Below are positions 7,600 to 17,052 of a DNA stretch of 43,140 nucleotides, in pieces (position 1 is the stretch's first letter; each line of letters begins with the position of its first letter). The position numbers were made by a program, and so were the translations under genes. The stretch is from IMG/VR virus record IMGVR_UViG_3300037419_001006, positions 1-43,140 of that record; one strand, given 5' to 3'. A model generated the notes under the pieces. That model worked only from the letters and a program-made list of their open reading frames with translations. It ran no database searches and was not told the DNA's origin. This DNA comes from a virus. Taxonomy: Duplodnaviria > Caudoviricetes.

Positions 7600-10175
7600 T
7601 GCCCAACCCTTTCGACCAGTTCGATAACGGCCCGGTCTATGGCCCGCCGCCAAAGTCGGCTGGACCGCCCGCCGGCTATCGATCGACCGATACTGGTCTG
7701 GAGTATATCCCCGGCGGGCCTGCCGATCCTCATGCGCCCAAGCCGGACAAGACCAACTATCGCACACTGACTCAGGATGAGGCCGCCGCGATGGGCCTTC
7801 CTCCGGGCAGGCGATACCAGGTCAGCAGCGAGGGCAAGGTCGATCCCATCGGTGGCGAGGACAGCAAGACCCAGCCCTCCTACGACGACCGGACCAAGCT
7901 CATGGCTCGGGGCGATGCGGTCAAGTTGCTCAACAAGCGCATCGACGATCTCACCGCGATGTACCAGAAGGATTTCGCTGGCGGCGGCCCTGGAGCGCTG
8001 GTCGAATATCTGCCGGGGTCGGTTCGTCCGGAGAATGCGAATTTCGACGCTGCCGCACGCGCTTTGCTGGGCGACATTGCCTCCGCTCAGGGCCTGACTG
8101 CCCAGCAGCAGAACACCCCGACAGAGTTGGAAATTCGGTTCGGACCGTTCATCCCCAAGGCCTCTGACCGGGATGAGGTGATTCAAGGCAAACTCCAGCG
8201 CCTCCGGGATATTGTCGGCTCGCAGCTCACCCAGATCAACACCCAGCGCAATCAACTGAGCCTCCCGCCAGTTTCGCTTGATGACACTCCCCAAGCGCCC
8301 GGCGGTCAGGCTCCGCCGCCGCAAGGCCCGAGCGATCCAGTCGCCACCGCCCCCCAACTTGCTGCCACCTATGAGGGGAGCAACGGTGGAGTCGGCAACC
8401 AGATGGTTCCGGCCACCACTTACCGGCAGGTGGACGACCCCGCGCTTACGGCCTTGAAAGGCGAATATCTCCGCAGGCTCGGGGGCGGGCAGTCGGCTGG
8501 GCAAATTCTTCAGTGGGCGCAGCAAGCAGGAGTCCCGATCGACGCAGGTTTCGCCCGGACGGTAGCGGAACAGGCCAAGTTCCGTCGCGAGCATCCCGAG
8601 GTCAAGATCAGTCAATATGACGTGTCGGCGTTTGATGATCGCTATGTCCCGACCACCGAATACCAGAAGGCGATGACCGAGGCGGCCGATACGGCACCCG
8701 GAGCAGCGGCGCTTCGGGCCGGGAACGCCGTAACCGGGAACAATCTCGATTCCATTGTCGGGATGACGGGAGGCAATGCCGAGCAGGCGAGAATGGCGAT
8801 CGACGACGCTGCGAGAAGGCATCCGGTCGCGGCCACGGTAGGCGACATCGGCGGAGGCGTAACGGCGGCGCTCGGCGGGGAAGCCGCTCTTGCCCGCGTT
8901 GGGATGGGCGCCGGGATTGGGCGGACCCTTCTTGCGGACACCGCTTACGGGACCGTTTCTGGCGCCGGAGCTGCCGATGACGGCGACCGGGTGTCGGGCG
9001 CTGTCAAGGGAGGCCTTGCGGCGCTTGCTGGCTCTCTAGGCGGGCGAGCTGTCACCAAGGGCTTGGCTTCCACCGTGTCCCCCACCGGAGGAAAGCTGGC
9101 CAACCTTTACGAGGCGGGAGTCAGGCCGACACCGGGGCAGAGGTTTGCCGAGACGGGCCCTCCCGGCCGCCTTCTCAACGCGATCGAGGAGCAGCTTAGC
9201 TCGGTTCCGATTGTCGGCTCGGCGATCCGCGGCGCTCGTCAGGAAGCGCGGGACCAGTTCCAGATCGGTGCGTTCAACGACGCTCTGAAGGATGTCGGAG
9301 AACAGCTTCCCAAGGGGATCAAGCCCGGCCCTGAAGCGCATCGCTACGCGCAGAAGGCGTTCGATCGTGTCTATGGCCAGGCGCGGGATGGGATGCGGGT
9401 TCTCCCCGACGACGAGATGGCCAAGGATATTGGCGAGTTGGGTGGGCAGGTGGGAACGCTGGCCGAGCCTTCGATCAAGCGCTTTCAATCGATCGTCGAG
9501 AATGTGGTACTCCGCAGGGCCGGAGCGGAAATCGACGGCCCCGCATACAAGAAGATCCAGTCAGAGATCGGCCGGATCGTCAGGGGCATTCGCAAGAGCC
9601 CATCCGGTGATGGTGAATTGGCCGAAGCGCTGGAAGGCCTGAGTGGAGTTCTCGACCGCGCAGCCCGCCGCCATTCCGATCCTGCCTCAGTGGCGGCAAT
9701 GGATGCGGCAGATCGTGGTTACGCGAAGTTCGTCCGCATCGAACTGGCCTCGAAAAGAGGAGGTCTGGCAAAGGATGCGGGCACCTTCTCTCCCAACGAT
9801 CTGGCGGCTGCCGTGAAGGGCGAAGGCGGGCGGGTCCGCTCCAAGGCCTACAATCAGGGCGAGGCCTTGATGCAGCCCTATGCCGACGCGGGGAAAACAC
9901 TGTCAGATCGCGTCCCCAACAGCGGCACGGCGGAACGGCAGATGGCCGGACTGACGGTAGCTGGTGGGGCGGGTTATCTGGAACCCAATACGCTCGGCGT
10001 CCTCGGCGTTCTCGGCGCGCTTTATGCGCCTGGGGTCCGCAAACTCACCACCGGAGCCTTGAAGCCAAGAGGTAAGCAGGCTCGCGCGCTTGCGGAAGCG
10101 ATCAGGGGGCGGAAGCGCCTCGCCGGAGCCGCAGGAACCGCATTGGCCGTGCAGGAAACGCCCGCCGGCCAGTAA
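7599..10175 (+). CDS. Large DNA ejection protein (P22 gp16 position)
   Basis: About 858 aa from ATG 7599 (MPNPFDQFD), Ala/Gly-rich, VPNSGTAER motif near C-terminus. Confidence 0.65.
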   Translation: MPNPFDQFDNGPVYGPPPKSAGPPAGYRSTDTGLEYIPGGPADPHAPKPDKTNYRTLTQDEAAAMGLPPGRRYQVSSEGKVDPIGGEDSKTQPSYDDRTKLMARGDAVKLLNKRIDDLTAMYQKDFAGGGPGALVEYLPGSVRPENANFDAAARALLGDIASAQGLTAQQQNTPTELEIRFGPFIPKASDRDEVIQGKLQRLRDIVGSQLTQINTQRNQLSLPPVSLDDTPQAPGGQAPPPQGPSDPVATAPQLAATYEGSNGGVGNQMVPATTYRQVDDPALTALKGEYLRRLGGGQSAGQILQWAQQAGVPIDAGFARTVAEQAKFRREHPEVKISQYDVSAFDDRYVPTTEYQKAMTEAADTAPGAAALRAGNAVTGNNLDSIVGMTGGNAEQARMAIDDAARRHPVAATVGDIGGGVTAALGGEAALARVGMGAGIGRTLLADTAYGTVSGAGAADDGDRVSGAVKGGLAALAGSLGGRAVTKGLASTVSPTGGKLANLYEAGVRPTPGQRFAETGPPGRLLNAIEEQLSSVPIVGSAIRGARQEARDQFQIGAFNDALKDVGEQLPKGIKPGPEAHRYAQKAFDRVYGQARDGMRVLPDDEMAKDIGELGGQVGTLAEPSIKRFQSIVENVVLRRAGAEIDGPAYKKIQSEIGRIVRGIRKSPSGDGELAEALEGLSGVLDRAARRHSDPASVAAMDAADRGYAKFVRIELASKRGGLAKDAGTFSPNDLAAAVKGEGGRVRSKAYNQGEALMQPYADAGKTLSDRVPNSGTAERQMAGLTVAGGAGYLEPNTLGVLGVLGALYAPGVRKLTTGALKPRGKQARALAEAIRGRKRLAGAAGTALAVQETPAGQ

Positions 10176-10262
10176 TTCGATGGAAGGCCTCTAAAATCAG
10201 GGCCTTCACGACCACGACAGCGACGATTTCCACCCCTCATTCCGTAGTCTCCCGGAGGCCCG

Positions 10263-10895
10263 ATGGCAACTTCCTTCGCGCCCCAATTGCTGCGCCTCTT
10301 CGACGAGCTCGGGGAGCTGCTGGCAAATGGGTTCGTCTATACTTATGAGGCTGGAACGACCACTCCCCTAGTCACGTATCAAGACCTCGATGGAATGGTC
10401 ACCAACACCAATCCGGTTGAACTGGATTCGGGCGGTTCAGCAACCATCCGCGTCACGAATGGGGTGGCCTACAAGTTCATCGTCAAGGACGCTGACCTAA
10501 ACGTCATCTACACCGAAGACGACATCATCGTTGGCCAACCCGATGAAACGACCGAGGACGATTACGAAGTCATCCTGACTTATTGTGCCACTCCCGGAGC
10601 GCAGGGGTGGATGGGCGGCGAGGAGTTCCGCAGGTCGGTCAGTTTTGGGGTGGATTTCGATGGCTCCGGGGGGTCTGTCGTCACCAACCCAGCCTCGGAT
10701 TATGTCATCTCGGTCCAGAAGAACGGCGTTGAGGTCGGGACCATCACGATCAGCTCCGCTGGGGTTTTCACCTTCGATACCACCGGAGGAGCCACCGTTT
10801 CGTTCGTTGCCGGCGACACGATCGACTTCTACGGGCCGGACGCTGTAGGGACCGCCGCCAATTTCAAGGCCACCCTGATCGGATCGCTCGCATGA
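10263..10895 (+). CDS. Tailspike/tail-fibre attachment protein (head-binding-domain-like N-terminus)
   Basis: GELLANGFVYTYEAGTTTP..TY.D...NTNPVELDSGG N-terminus; RBS GGAGG. Confidence 0.65.
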   Translation: MATSFAPQLLRLFDELGELLANGFVYTYEAGTTTPLVTYQDLDGMVTNTNPVELDSGGSATIRVTNGVAYKFIVKDADLNVIYTEDDIIVGQPDETTEDDYEVILTYCATPGAQGWMGGEEFRRSVSFGVDFDGSGGSVVTNPASDYVISVQKNGVEVGTITISSAGVFTFDTTGGATVSFVAGDTIDFYGPDAVGTAANFKATLIGSLA

Positions 10896-11875
10896 CGATC
10901 CTCTTCATGGGCGGCGAGATGGCCGCGTTCACGCCCTCCGACAACACGGTGGTCGAGGACACCACCGGCACCTATTACAACTCGTCGTTTGCCCGCTGTG
11001 CGATCCTGATCCGCACGGACACCAGCTATGCGGAAGGGATGCCGTCCGCGTCGAGCACGACGCCCTATCTGCATTTCGACATGTTGTCGGGCTTCATCGC
11101 CACCAACACCCCGACAACGAGGCTGAGTTGGTACGACTCCAGCGGCAACGAGCGGGTCCGGCTCAAATACGCCACCAACACCGCCTTGCAGATCACCATT
11201 TCATACTGGAACGGGGCGTCGTTCACCGACCTTACTCCCGTTTCTGTGGCGATGGAGACGCGCCAGACGATCGACCTTGCCGTAGTCTGCAACTCCGGTT
11301 CCGGCTCGATCAAGCTCTACATCTCGGGAACCGAGCGCCTGAACTCCGGCGCGATCGACACGACCGGGATCGCCAACCTCAAGAAGTTCCGCTTTGTCGG
11401 CGGCACCGTTTCAGGATTGGGCATCTCAACGCTGGTCAGTCAGGTCGTCATGGCAGACGAGCCGACCATCGGCTGGCGGCTGATGACCCGCTATCCCAAT
11501 GCCGCTGGCGCAACTTCGGATTGGACCGGAGCCTACACCGACATCGACGAAGCGGTTTACGACGATTCCGACTTCATCCTGTCCGCCTCCAACAATCAGG
11601 TGTCGGTGTTCTCCCAAACCGGCCCATCGATCACTGGCTACACCGTCCGGGCTGTAGCGGTTGCGGCGAGGGCGAGACGGGGAGCCTCCGGGCCGCAGAA
11701 CCTACGCATGGCTTTGAGGTCGGCCGGGACCAACTATTTCAGTGGCTCTGACATTGCCCAAGGGGTGGGTTACGCTCCCTCGCAGACCATTTGGGAGACT
11801 GATCCGGCCACTTCGGCGGCGTGGGTCAATACCAACATCACCTCGCTTCAGCCCGGCGTGAAGAGCATCGCCTGA
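10892..11875 (+). CDS. Putative tail / receptor-binding protein
   Basis: 327 aa beta-rich Ser/Thr protein, translationally coupled. Confidence 0.55.
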   Translation: MTILFMGGEMAAFTPSDNTVVEDTTGTYYNSSFARCAILIRTDTSYAEGMPSASSTTPYLHFDMLSGFIATNTPTTRLSWYDSSGNERVRLKYATNTALQITISYWNGASFTDLTPVSVAMETRQTIDLAVVCNSGSGSIKLYISGTERLNSGAIDTTGIANLKKFRFVGGTVSGLGISTLVSQVVMADEPTIGWRLMTRYPNAAGATSDWTGAYTDIDEAVYDDSDFILSASNNQVSVFSQTGPSITGYTVRAVAVAARARRGASGPQNLRMALRSAGTNYFSGSDIAQGVGYAPSQTIWETDPATSAAWVNTNITSLQPGVKSIA

Positions 11876-12048
11876 TGGCTAACCAGGTCGAAGCAACCAA
11901 GCTCAACCAGTTGGTGGGCATAGGCCCGAGCGCGAACGCGGTGGCCGTTCCCAAGCTGGCCATGTTCGTCCTGCTGGAGCCGGGATCCGATGCTGGGGAC
12001 ACGTCGAACAAGCAGGGCCACGTCTATTCCAGGATAGTGAGGCGATGA
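11875..12048 (+). CDS. Small tail-associated protein (57 aa)
   Basis: TGATG and ATGA overlaps at both ends. Confidence 0.5.
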   Translation: MANQVEATKLNQLVGIGPSANAVAVPKLAMFVLLEPGSDAGDTSNKQGHVYSRIVRR

Positions 12049-12842
12049 CGCTCATTGTGGCCGATCGGGTGGCCGAGACCTCGACCACCACGGGGACCGG
12101 CGCGCTCACACTCGCCGCTGCGATCACTGGTTTTCGCCGCTTCTCGGCTGTCTGCTCGACCAACGACACGGTGTATTACGCGATCATCGCGGTTGACGTG
12201 AACGGTAACCCATCCGGCGATTGGGAGACCGGGCTGGGGACTTACTCAAGCTCGAACACCCTGACCCGCACCACTCCGCAAGCCTCAACCAATTCCAACA
12301 ACGCGGTCAACTTCGCGGCGGGAACCAAGCACGTTTACCTGAGCGCAACCGCGGCTCATCTGGCGCTGTTTTCGCAGGCAACCGCTGCGGTGGCATCGGA
12401 CCTCAACACCGGCACTAACACCACCAAGTTCGTGACCGCCGACGCTCTGGCGGGGTCCAATGCCGGAACGCCTACCGTGACCCTGCTCGTTTCAGATCCC
12501 GGCGGCTCAGCGATTACCACCGGAGACGGGAAAGTTTACTGGCGCGTTCCGTCCACTCTGAACGGAATGAACCTCGTTGGTGTTGCTGCTGCTCTGACCA
12601 CGGTTTCCTCCTCGGGCATCCCAACGGTCCAGATCGCCAACGTCACGGATTCGGTGGACATGCTTTCGACCAAGCTGACCATCGATGCGAACGAGACGGA
12701 CAGCTCCACGGCGGCGACAGCGGCGGTGATCGACACGACCAAGGATGATGTGGCGACGGGCGACATGCTCCGCATCGACATCGATGTTGCGGGGACTGGA
12801 GCGAAGGGCCTCATGGTCGAGATGCAGTTCCAGCTTCCATGA
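12045..12842 (+). CDS. Putative tail fibre protein
   Basis: ADRVAETSTTTGTGALTL...WETGLGTY...TLTR N-terminal module seen in phage fibre proteins. Confidence 0.6.
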   Translation: MTLIVADRVAETSTTTGTGALTLAAAITGFRRFSAVCSTNDTVYYAIIAVDVNGNPSGDWETGLGTYSSSNTLTRTTPQASTNSNNAVNFAAGTKHVYLSATAAHLALFSQATAAVASDLNTGTNTTKFVTADALAGSNAGTPTVTLLVSDPGGSAITTGDGKVYWRVPSTLNGMNLVGVAAALTTVSSSGIPTVQIANVTDSVDMLSTKLTIDANETDSSTAATAAVIDTTKDDVATGDMLRIDIDVAGTGAKGLMVEMQFQLP

Positions 12843-13558
12843 TCCAGGTTGTGAATTGCTATCTCATCGCTCCCGCCGTGTTCAATCCGGCCACCCTGTT
12901 CTCCGGCGGCGTGGCGGGCGCTTTCTACGACATCTCGGACATCAACACGCTATGGAAGGACACGGCGGGAACCACGCCAGTCACGGCTGACGGAGACATC
13001 GTTAAGCGCGTCGATGACAAGTCAGGCAACGGGAACCACCTCACAGAGGCAACCAACGGCCCGGCTTACAAGGTGTCCGGTGCGGTGAAGTGGCTGGAGT
13101 TCGATGGCTCCAATGACAAGCTTCGCGCTACTTTTACGATGGGGACGACATGGGACCGGGTTTCTGCCGTCCGTGTCACGGGCGGATCGTTCCCCAAACA
13201 GATGTTCGGAGGCGTGACCGCCAACGAGTGCCTGTTCGTTGATGGCTCAGTCGGCTTGCAGATGTTCAACGGATCAGCGACGGGGCCTCAAGTCGCGACA
13301 TCGGTGGGCACCGATTATGTTTTTACCGAGCGATGGGCGGCGACTTCCCAACTTGCTGGCGACAACAACGCCTATGACTCGACCCCGGCTATCTCAGCGG
13401 TCAATCCGGGCGGCCTAACTTTGGGTGCGAGCAATTCAAGCGGAGACTTTTTGGGGTTCCGCTTTCATGGCATGGTGATGATCAACACCGCTCAGTCGGC
13501 GGGGGATATCGCGTCTCTGCGGACGTACATGGGCGCACTACAGGGCCGGACCCTCTAA
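12839..13558 (+). CDS. Putative receptor-binding protein (LamG/ConA-like)
   Basis: YDISDINTLWKD...DKSGNGNHL...LEFDGSND pattern. Confidence 0.55.
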   Translation: MIQVVNCYLIAPAVFNPATLFSGGVAGAFYDISDINTLWKDTAGTTPVTADGDIVKRVDDKSGNGNHLTEATNGPAYKVSGAVKWLEFDGSNDKLRATFTMGTTWDRVSAVRVTGGSFPKQMFGGVTANECLFVDGSVGLQMFNGSATGPQVATSVGTDYVFTERWAATSQLAGDNNAYDSTPAISAVNPGGLTLGASNSSGDFLGFRFHGMVMINTAQSAGDIASLRTYMGALQGRTL

Positions 13559-14303
13559 ACGGCATCATCGACCATTCGGCCAAGGTCTTGGGTTCAGGCC
13601 GGCCCCTCAAACCGACCTCGGGCCACTCGTTCGCCCTGGGCCGGTAGAGCGTTCCGAACAGCCAATCCCAAAGCGGGGTGAAGGCGCCGAAGTTCCTGTC
13701 GTGGTGCTTCGGGTCGGTCGAGTGGTGGATGCGGTGGTAGCGGTTGTCCACCAGCACGGCGGACAACGGCCCGATACCCAACCGCGTCGGCGAATGGATA
13801 TAGAACGACCAGTAGCGAAACACGGCGCTTAGGAAGCCAAGCGTCGGCGCAATATCGACGCTGATGAACAGCAGCGGGAAACCCACGGTCAGGCCGTACC
13901 AGATCGGCTCGGTCCAGTGGTGGTAGGAGTTGATCGCGGTCACGTTCTCGATCGAGTGATGGACCGCATGAAACCGCCACAGGAAGCGGTGCTGGATCCG
14001 GTGGAAGGTGTAAAACAACACGTCGATCCACAGAGCAAGGGCGATTGAGGCGAGGACCGGCGCACCGAAGCCGGAGCGCAGTTCGATGGGGTGAATGCCA
14101 AGCGCGGCAATGAGGCGCGGCCCGAAGACGACGAAGAAGGCCAGCACGGGCGAGCCGGCAAACAGGAACAGCAGCCCTCTCGCCCTTTCGGGGATCGTCA
14201 TTTGCTGGCGCGGGAAGAATATCTCCAGCGGTGTGAATACCGAGGCCCCAATAAGCTGGAACAGCAGCACGGCCGCGACCGAACGCAGAAACTCTTCAAG
14301 CAC
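13482..14303 (-). CDS. Sterol desaturase / fatty acid hydroxylase family membrane enzyme (moron)
   Basis: His boxes HRIQH, HAVHHS, HH, HRIHH plus NFGAFTPLWDWLFGT; several TM segments. Confidence 0.85.
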   Translation of the reverse strand: MLEEFLRSVAAVLLFQLIGASVFTPLEIFFPRQQMTIPERARGLLFLFAGSPVLAFFVVFGPRLIAALGIHPIELRSGFGAPVLASIALALWIDVLFYTFHRIQHRFLWRFHAVHHSIENVTAINSYHHWTEPIWYGLTVGFPLLFISVDIAPTLGFLSAVFRYWSFYIHSPTRLGIGPLSAVLVDNRYHRIHHSTDPKHHDRNFGAFTPLWDWLFGTLYRPRANEWPEVGLRGRPEPKTLAEWSMMPFRGSGPVVRPCTSAETRYPPPTERC

Positions 14304-14395
14304 GCCGCCCTCCTGCCCCGACCTTAACCCGAATTAAACACGCAAGCCAAGCGAGGATCGCCCATGCGTAAGATACTACTGATATCAGTTATATC

Positions 14396-14506
14396 GTGAA
14401 ACTGCTGCTGATTTTGGTAAGCGTAAGCCTCGGCTCTGTGGCCGTCATCAAGACGGTCGAGATGATGAACGCCGCCGCCAATCTGATGGCTACTTACGCC
14501 CCATGA
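14396..14506 (+). CDS. Small hydrophobic protein (36 aa)
   Basis: GTG start; stop overlaps next ATG (ATGA). Confidence 0.35.
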   Translation: MKLLLILVSVSLGSVAVIKTVEMMNAAANLMATYAP

Positions 14507-14610
14507 AGAGGGCCAAGTGGGCGCTCATCGCTCTTATCGTCGCCAACGAAATCAGAGGAATAATCGTGGTCGCGCTGATCGGCTGGCCGTTGCTGAAGGC
14601 GCTCCACTGA
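14503..14610 (+). CDS. Small membrane peptide MKRAKWALIALIVANEIRGIIVVALIGWPLLKALH
   Basis: Translated by hand; coupled start. Confidence 0.45.
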   Translation: MKRAKWALIALIVANEIRGIIVVALIGWPLLKALH

Positions 14611-14635
14611 TCGTCGCGAAAAGGGAGAAGGTGAA

Positions 14636-14752
14636 ATGCAGAAGCAGCATCCTGACAACCCGTCCGACAAGGACGACGAGGCGCCCAAAGGCCCTCCCGT
14701 GAAGCCACAGGACGGTGGCTCCGGCGACCCTCCCCCGCCGCCGAAGCACTAA
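14636..14752 (+). CDS. 38-aa Pro/Asp-rich peptide ending DGGSGDPPPPPKH
   Basis: Strong RBS (GGAGAAGG); stop TAA abuts ATG 14753. Confidence 0.6.
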   Translation: MQKQHPDNPSDKDDEAPKGPPVKPQDGGSGDPPPPPKH

Positions 14753-15226
14753 ATGTCCACCCCGCATCTCATCATGTGGGCAGTCGTCGCGTTCGTCGGG
14801 TTCCCGGCTGCGGTCAGGAACTCGACAGCGCTGGGCCTCGTCTGCGCGTGGCTGGCAGGTGAAATCACTTGGCTCATCAGCGGAAACAATCTTCCGCTGC
14901 CGGTTTACGTGATCGCCGACTGCATGGTCGTCGGCCTCATGTACGGCAAGGCGCTTAGGGCAGCCGAACCCTGGCGCACGAAGGTCTTCCGGCTGTATCA
15001 CGACCTCACCCCGTGGGATCGCGCAATCGCCGGGATCTACATCTTTGCCGTGTGGCCGATCTACGCTAGCGATCTACATCCTTATTATGTGTGGTGGTCG
15101 CTTTGGTGGCTGACCATCGCGCAGTTCCTGCTGGCCGGCGGCGATGCGCTGTTCGCACATCCGCTGCCCAAGCGCCCCATTCCGGATTTCAACACAACCG
15201 ATTTCCGCGTGAGGTTCGCATGGTGA
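14753..15226 (+). CDS. Multi-pass membrane protein, function unknown
   Basis: 157 aa, about 4-5 hydrophobic segments, Trp-rich. Confidence 0.7.
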   Translation: MSTPHLIMWAVVAFVGFPAAVRNSTALGLVCAWLAGEITWLISGNNLPLPVYVIADCMVVGLMYGKALRAAEPWRTKVFRLYHDLTPWDRAIAGIYIFAVWPIYASDLHPYYVWWSLWWLTIAQFLLAGGDALFAHPLPKRPIPDFNTTDFRVRFAW

Positions 15227-15263
15227 TCTGTAACCGCGTCCTCCCGGCTCGGTGGAGGGCTTC

Positions 15264-15596
15264 ATGACGCCCCCTAGGAGTAAACCGATGCCGGAGCCGA
15301 TCGATGACAAGCTCATCCTCGGAGAAATCCGGGGCCAGCTTCGCGAAGTGGTTCATTCGCAGAACAACATGAATATGAAGATCGACGGTCTCACCCGCGA
15401 GGTGATCGGCTTTGCCGCGATCGCGGAGGATGTTGGCGAGCTCAAGTCCGATGTCCGGCAACTGAAGGAGCACAACAGCCGCCGGGCAGGGGCGGAGGGC
15501 ACGCTGGCGACGATCGTCAAGTCGCCGCTGATCCAGTGGATCGCGACGGTTGCTCTGGCGGTCTACATCTTCTTCGCGAAGCAGCATGCGCCATGA
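15264..15596 (+). CDS. Coiled-coil protein with C-terminal TM (holin/antiholin-like)
   Basis: Upstream of endolysin; ATG 15264 or 15288, both with GGAG. Confidence 0.5.
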   Translation: MTPPRSKPMPEPIDDKLILGEIRGQLREVVHSQNNMNMKIDGLTREVIGFAAIAEDVGELKSDVRQLKEHNSRRAGAEGTLATIVKSPLIQWIATVALAVYIFFAKQHAP

Positions 15597-16108
15597 AGGA
15601 CAATTTTCCTCCTTCGCTGGCGCTCGTCCTCCAACACGAAGGGGGATTCGTTGACGACAAATTCGACCCCGGAGGTCGTACCAACAAAGGGATCACCCAG
15701 GCCGTCTATGACGACTGGCGAGCCGGGGAGGGGCTTGGCCAGCGGGACGTGAAGCTGCTCAACGAATACGAGACCGGGGCCATCTACAGGCGCCGCTATT
15801 GGGACACGATCCGGGGCGACGATCTACCTTTGGGCGTAGATTACTGCGCCTTTGATTTCGCGGTGAACAGCGGGGTCGGGCGAGCCTCGCGCTATCTCCA
15901 GCGCGCAATGGGGCTGCTGGAGGACGGCAAGGTTGGGTCGCTCACTATCGCTGCCGCCGCCGCTGAATCGCCTATCTCGCTGATCGAGAAGGTATGTGCC
16001 TCCAGGCTCGATTTCCTCAAGCACCTGAAAATTTTCGACCGCTTCGGAAGGGGCTGGACGCGCCGGGTCGAGGACGTGTGCGCCAAGGCCAAGGAGATGG
16101 CGGCATGA
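15593..16108 (+). CDS. Endolysin, glycoside hydrolase family 108 with PG-binding C-terminus
   Basis: HEGGFVDDKFDPGGRTNKGIT, FDFAVNSG, FGRGWTRR motifs. Confidence 0.9.
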   Translation: MKDNFPPSLALVLQHEGGFVDDKFDPGGRTNKGITQAVYDDWRAGEGLGQRDVKLLNEYETGAIYRRRYWDTIRGDDLPLGVDYCAFDFAVNSGVGRASRYLQRAMGLLEDGKVGSLTIAAAAAESPISLIEKVCASRLDFLKHLKIFDRFGRGWTRRVEDVCAKAKEMAA

Positions 16109-16482
16109 AGTGGCTCCGCTCCCTCGCCCCGCGCGACCTCCGGGCCTTCATCGCGCTCCTCGCCTCGATCGGAGGAACGATGGCGCTCACCGTCGTCATG
16201 GTCTGGATCATCCTCATCCTGTGGCGGGGTGGCTGGCCGACCGGGACCGAACTGGCGCGCATCGACAAGATCGGCCTGCTGGGCGTGCTCGTCACCGTCA
16301 TCATGGGCGTGGTCATGGTCAGCCTCGGGCTGGCGATCAACCGCCGTAGCCTCAAGGGCAGCGCCTTCGGAGCGACGTTCGAGGCAACCGGCGGCGACGA
16401 ATCCACGATCACCAACGCGGCTGCCATGGGAGCCGCTGCGGGCGCTGGTGCGGCTGCCGGCGCTCAGGCGGGCAAGCCATGA
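16105..16482 (+). CDS. Putative holin (2 TM)
   Basis: ATGA-coupled to endolysin; two long hydrophobic segments. Confidence 0.5.
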   Translation: MKWLRSLAPRDLRAFIALLASIGGTMALTVVMVWIILILWRGGWPTGTELARIDKIGLLGVLVTVIMGVVMVSLGLAINRRSLKGSAFGATFEATGGDESTITNAAAMGAAAGAGAAAGAQAGKP

Positions 16483-16691
16483 AGGACGCCGCGATCCTCT
16501 TCCTGACGATCGTTGCTGTCGGCTTGGCCGTCATCATGTGGCGGCAGCATCCGGCTCCGCAAGTCGCGGCCGACAAGCCCCACCCGATCGCTCCTGCATC
16601 CGACCCCGCCAGCCAAGTCCCGTGGCGGCTGCTGACCATCTGCCCCGTCAACCAACGGAATGTCCCCCGATATAGGGAGAGGACGGCGTGA
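16479..16691 (+). CDS. Small membrane-anchored protein
   Basis: N-terminal TM; coupled start. Confidence 0.5.
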   Translation: MKDAAILFLTIVAVGLAVIMWRQHPAPQVAADKPHPIAPASDPASQVPWRLLTICPVNQRNVPRYRERTA

Positions 16692-16932
16692 TGGCAGACT
16701 TCCCGCGCCCGGTCTGCCAGCGAGCTACGCGGCGGGTTACGCGGTTAGATCACGTAGCCCTCTGCGGAGCTGCGGGGCGACCGGCTTTGGCGTTTAAGAG
16801 CGGCAACCCACTCCCCGTCGCTACCCTTTCAGCCGCTTGCACCGGCAATCCCCACTATCGGGCGGGTGTCGCGACGGGTGTTCATCTCCCTCGCCGGTCA
16901 GGGTCTTGCGCTCTTCAGCTCGCCACCCCGCA
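16692..16932. ncRNA. Candidate structured, possibly pseudoknotted RNA
   Basis: Multiple 7-8 bp complementary blocks (see findings). Confidence 0.4.
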
Positions 16933-17052
16933 ACCGATAACTGCGCTACCACAAATGGAAGGCTGATACAATGAGCGAAGAACCACTGGTAGTGTCCTAC
17001 TCTGAAATTTAGGTGGCTAGCGCCTCGGCGATAGGGCCGCCATATTCACAAC

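Noticed and set aside
10263-13558. Diversity-generating retroelement acting on tail genes
   Set aside because: No reverse transcriptase and no TR/VR repeat pair seen
16688-16966. 92-aa ORF
   Set aside because: Composition is not protein-like and the region is better explained by RNA structure; not fully excluded
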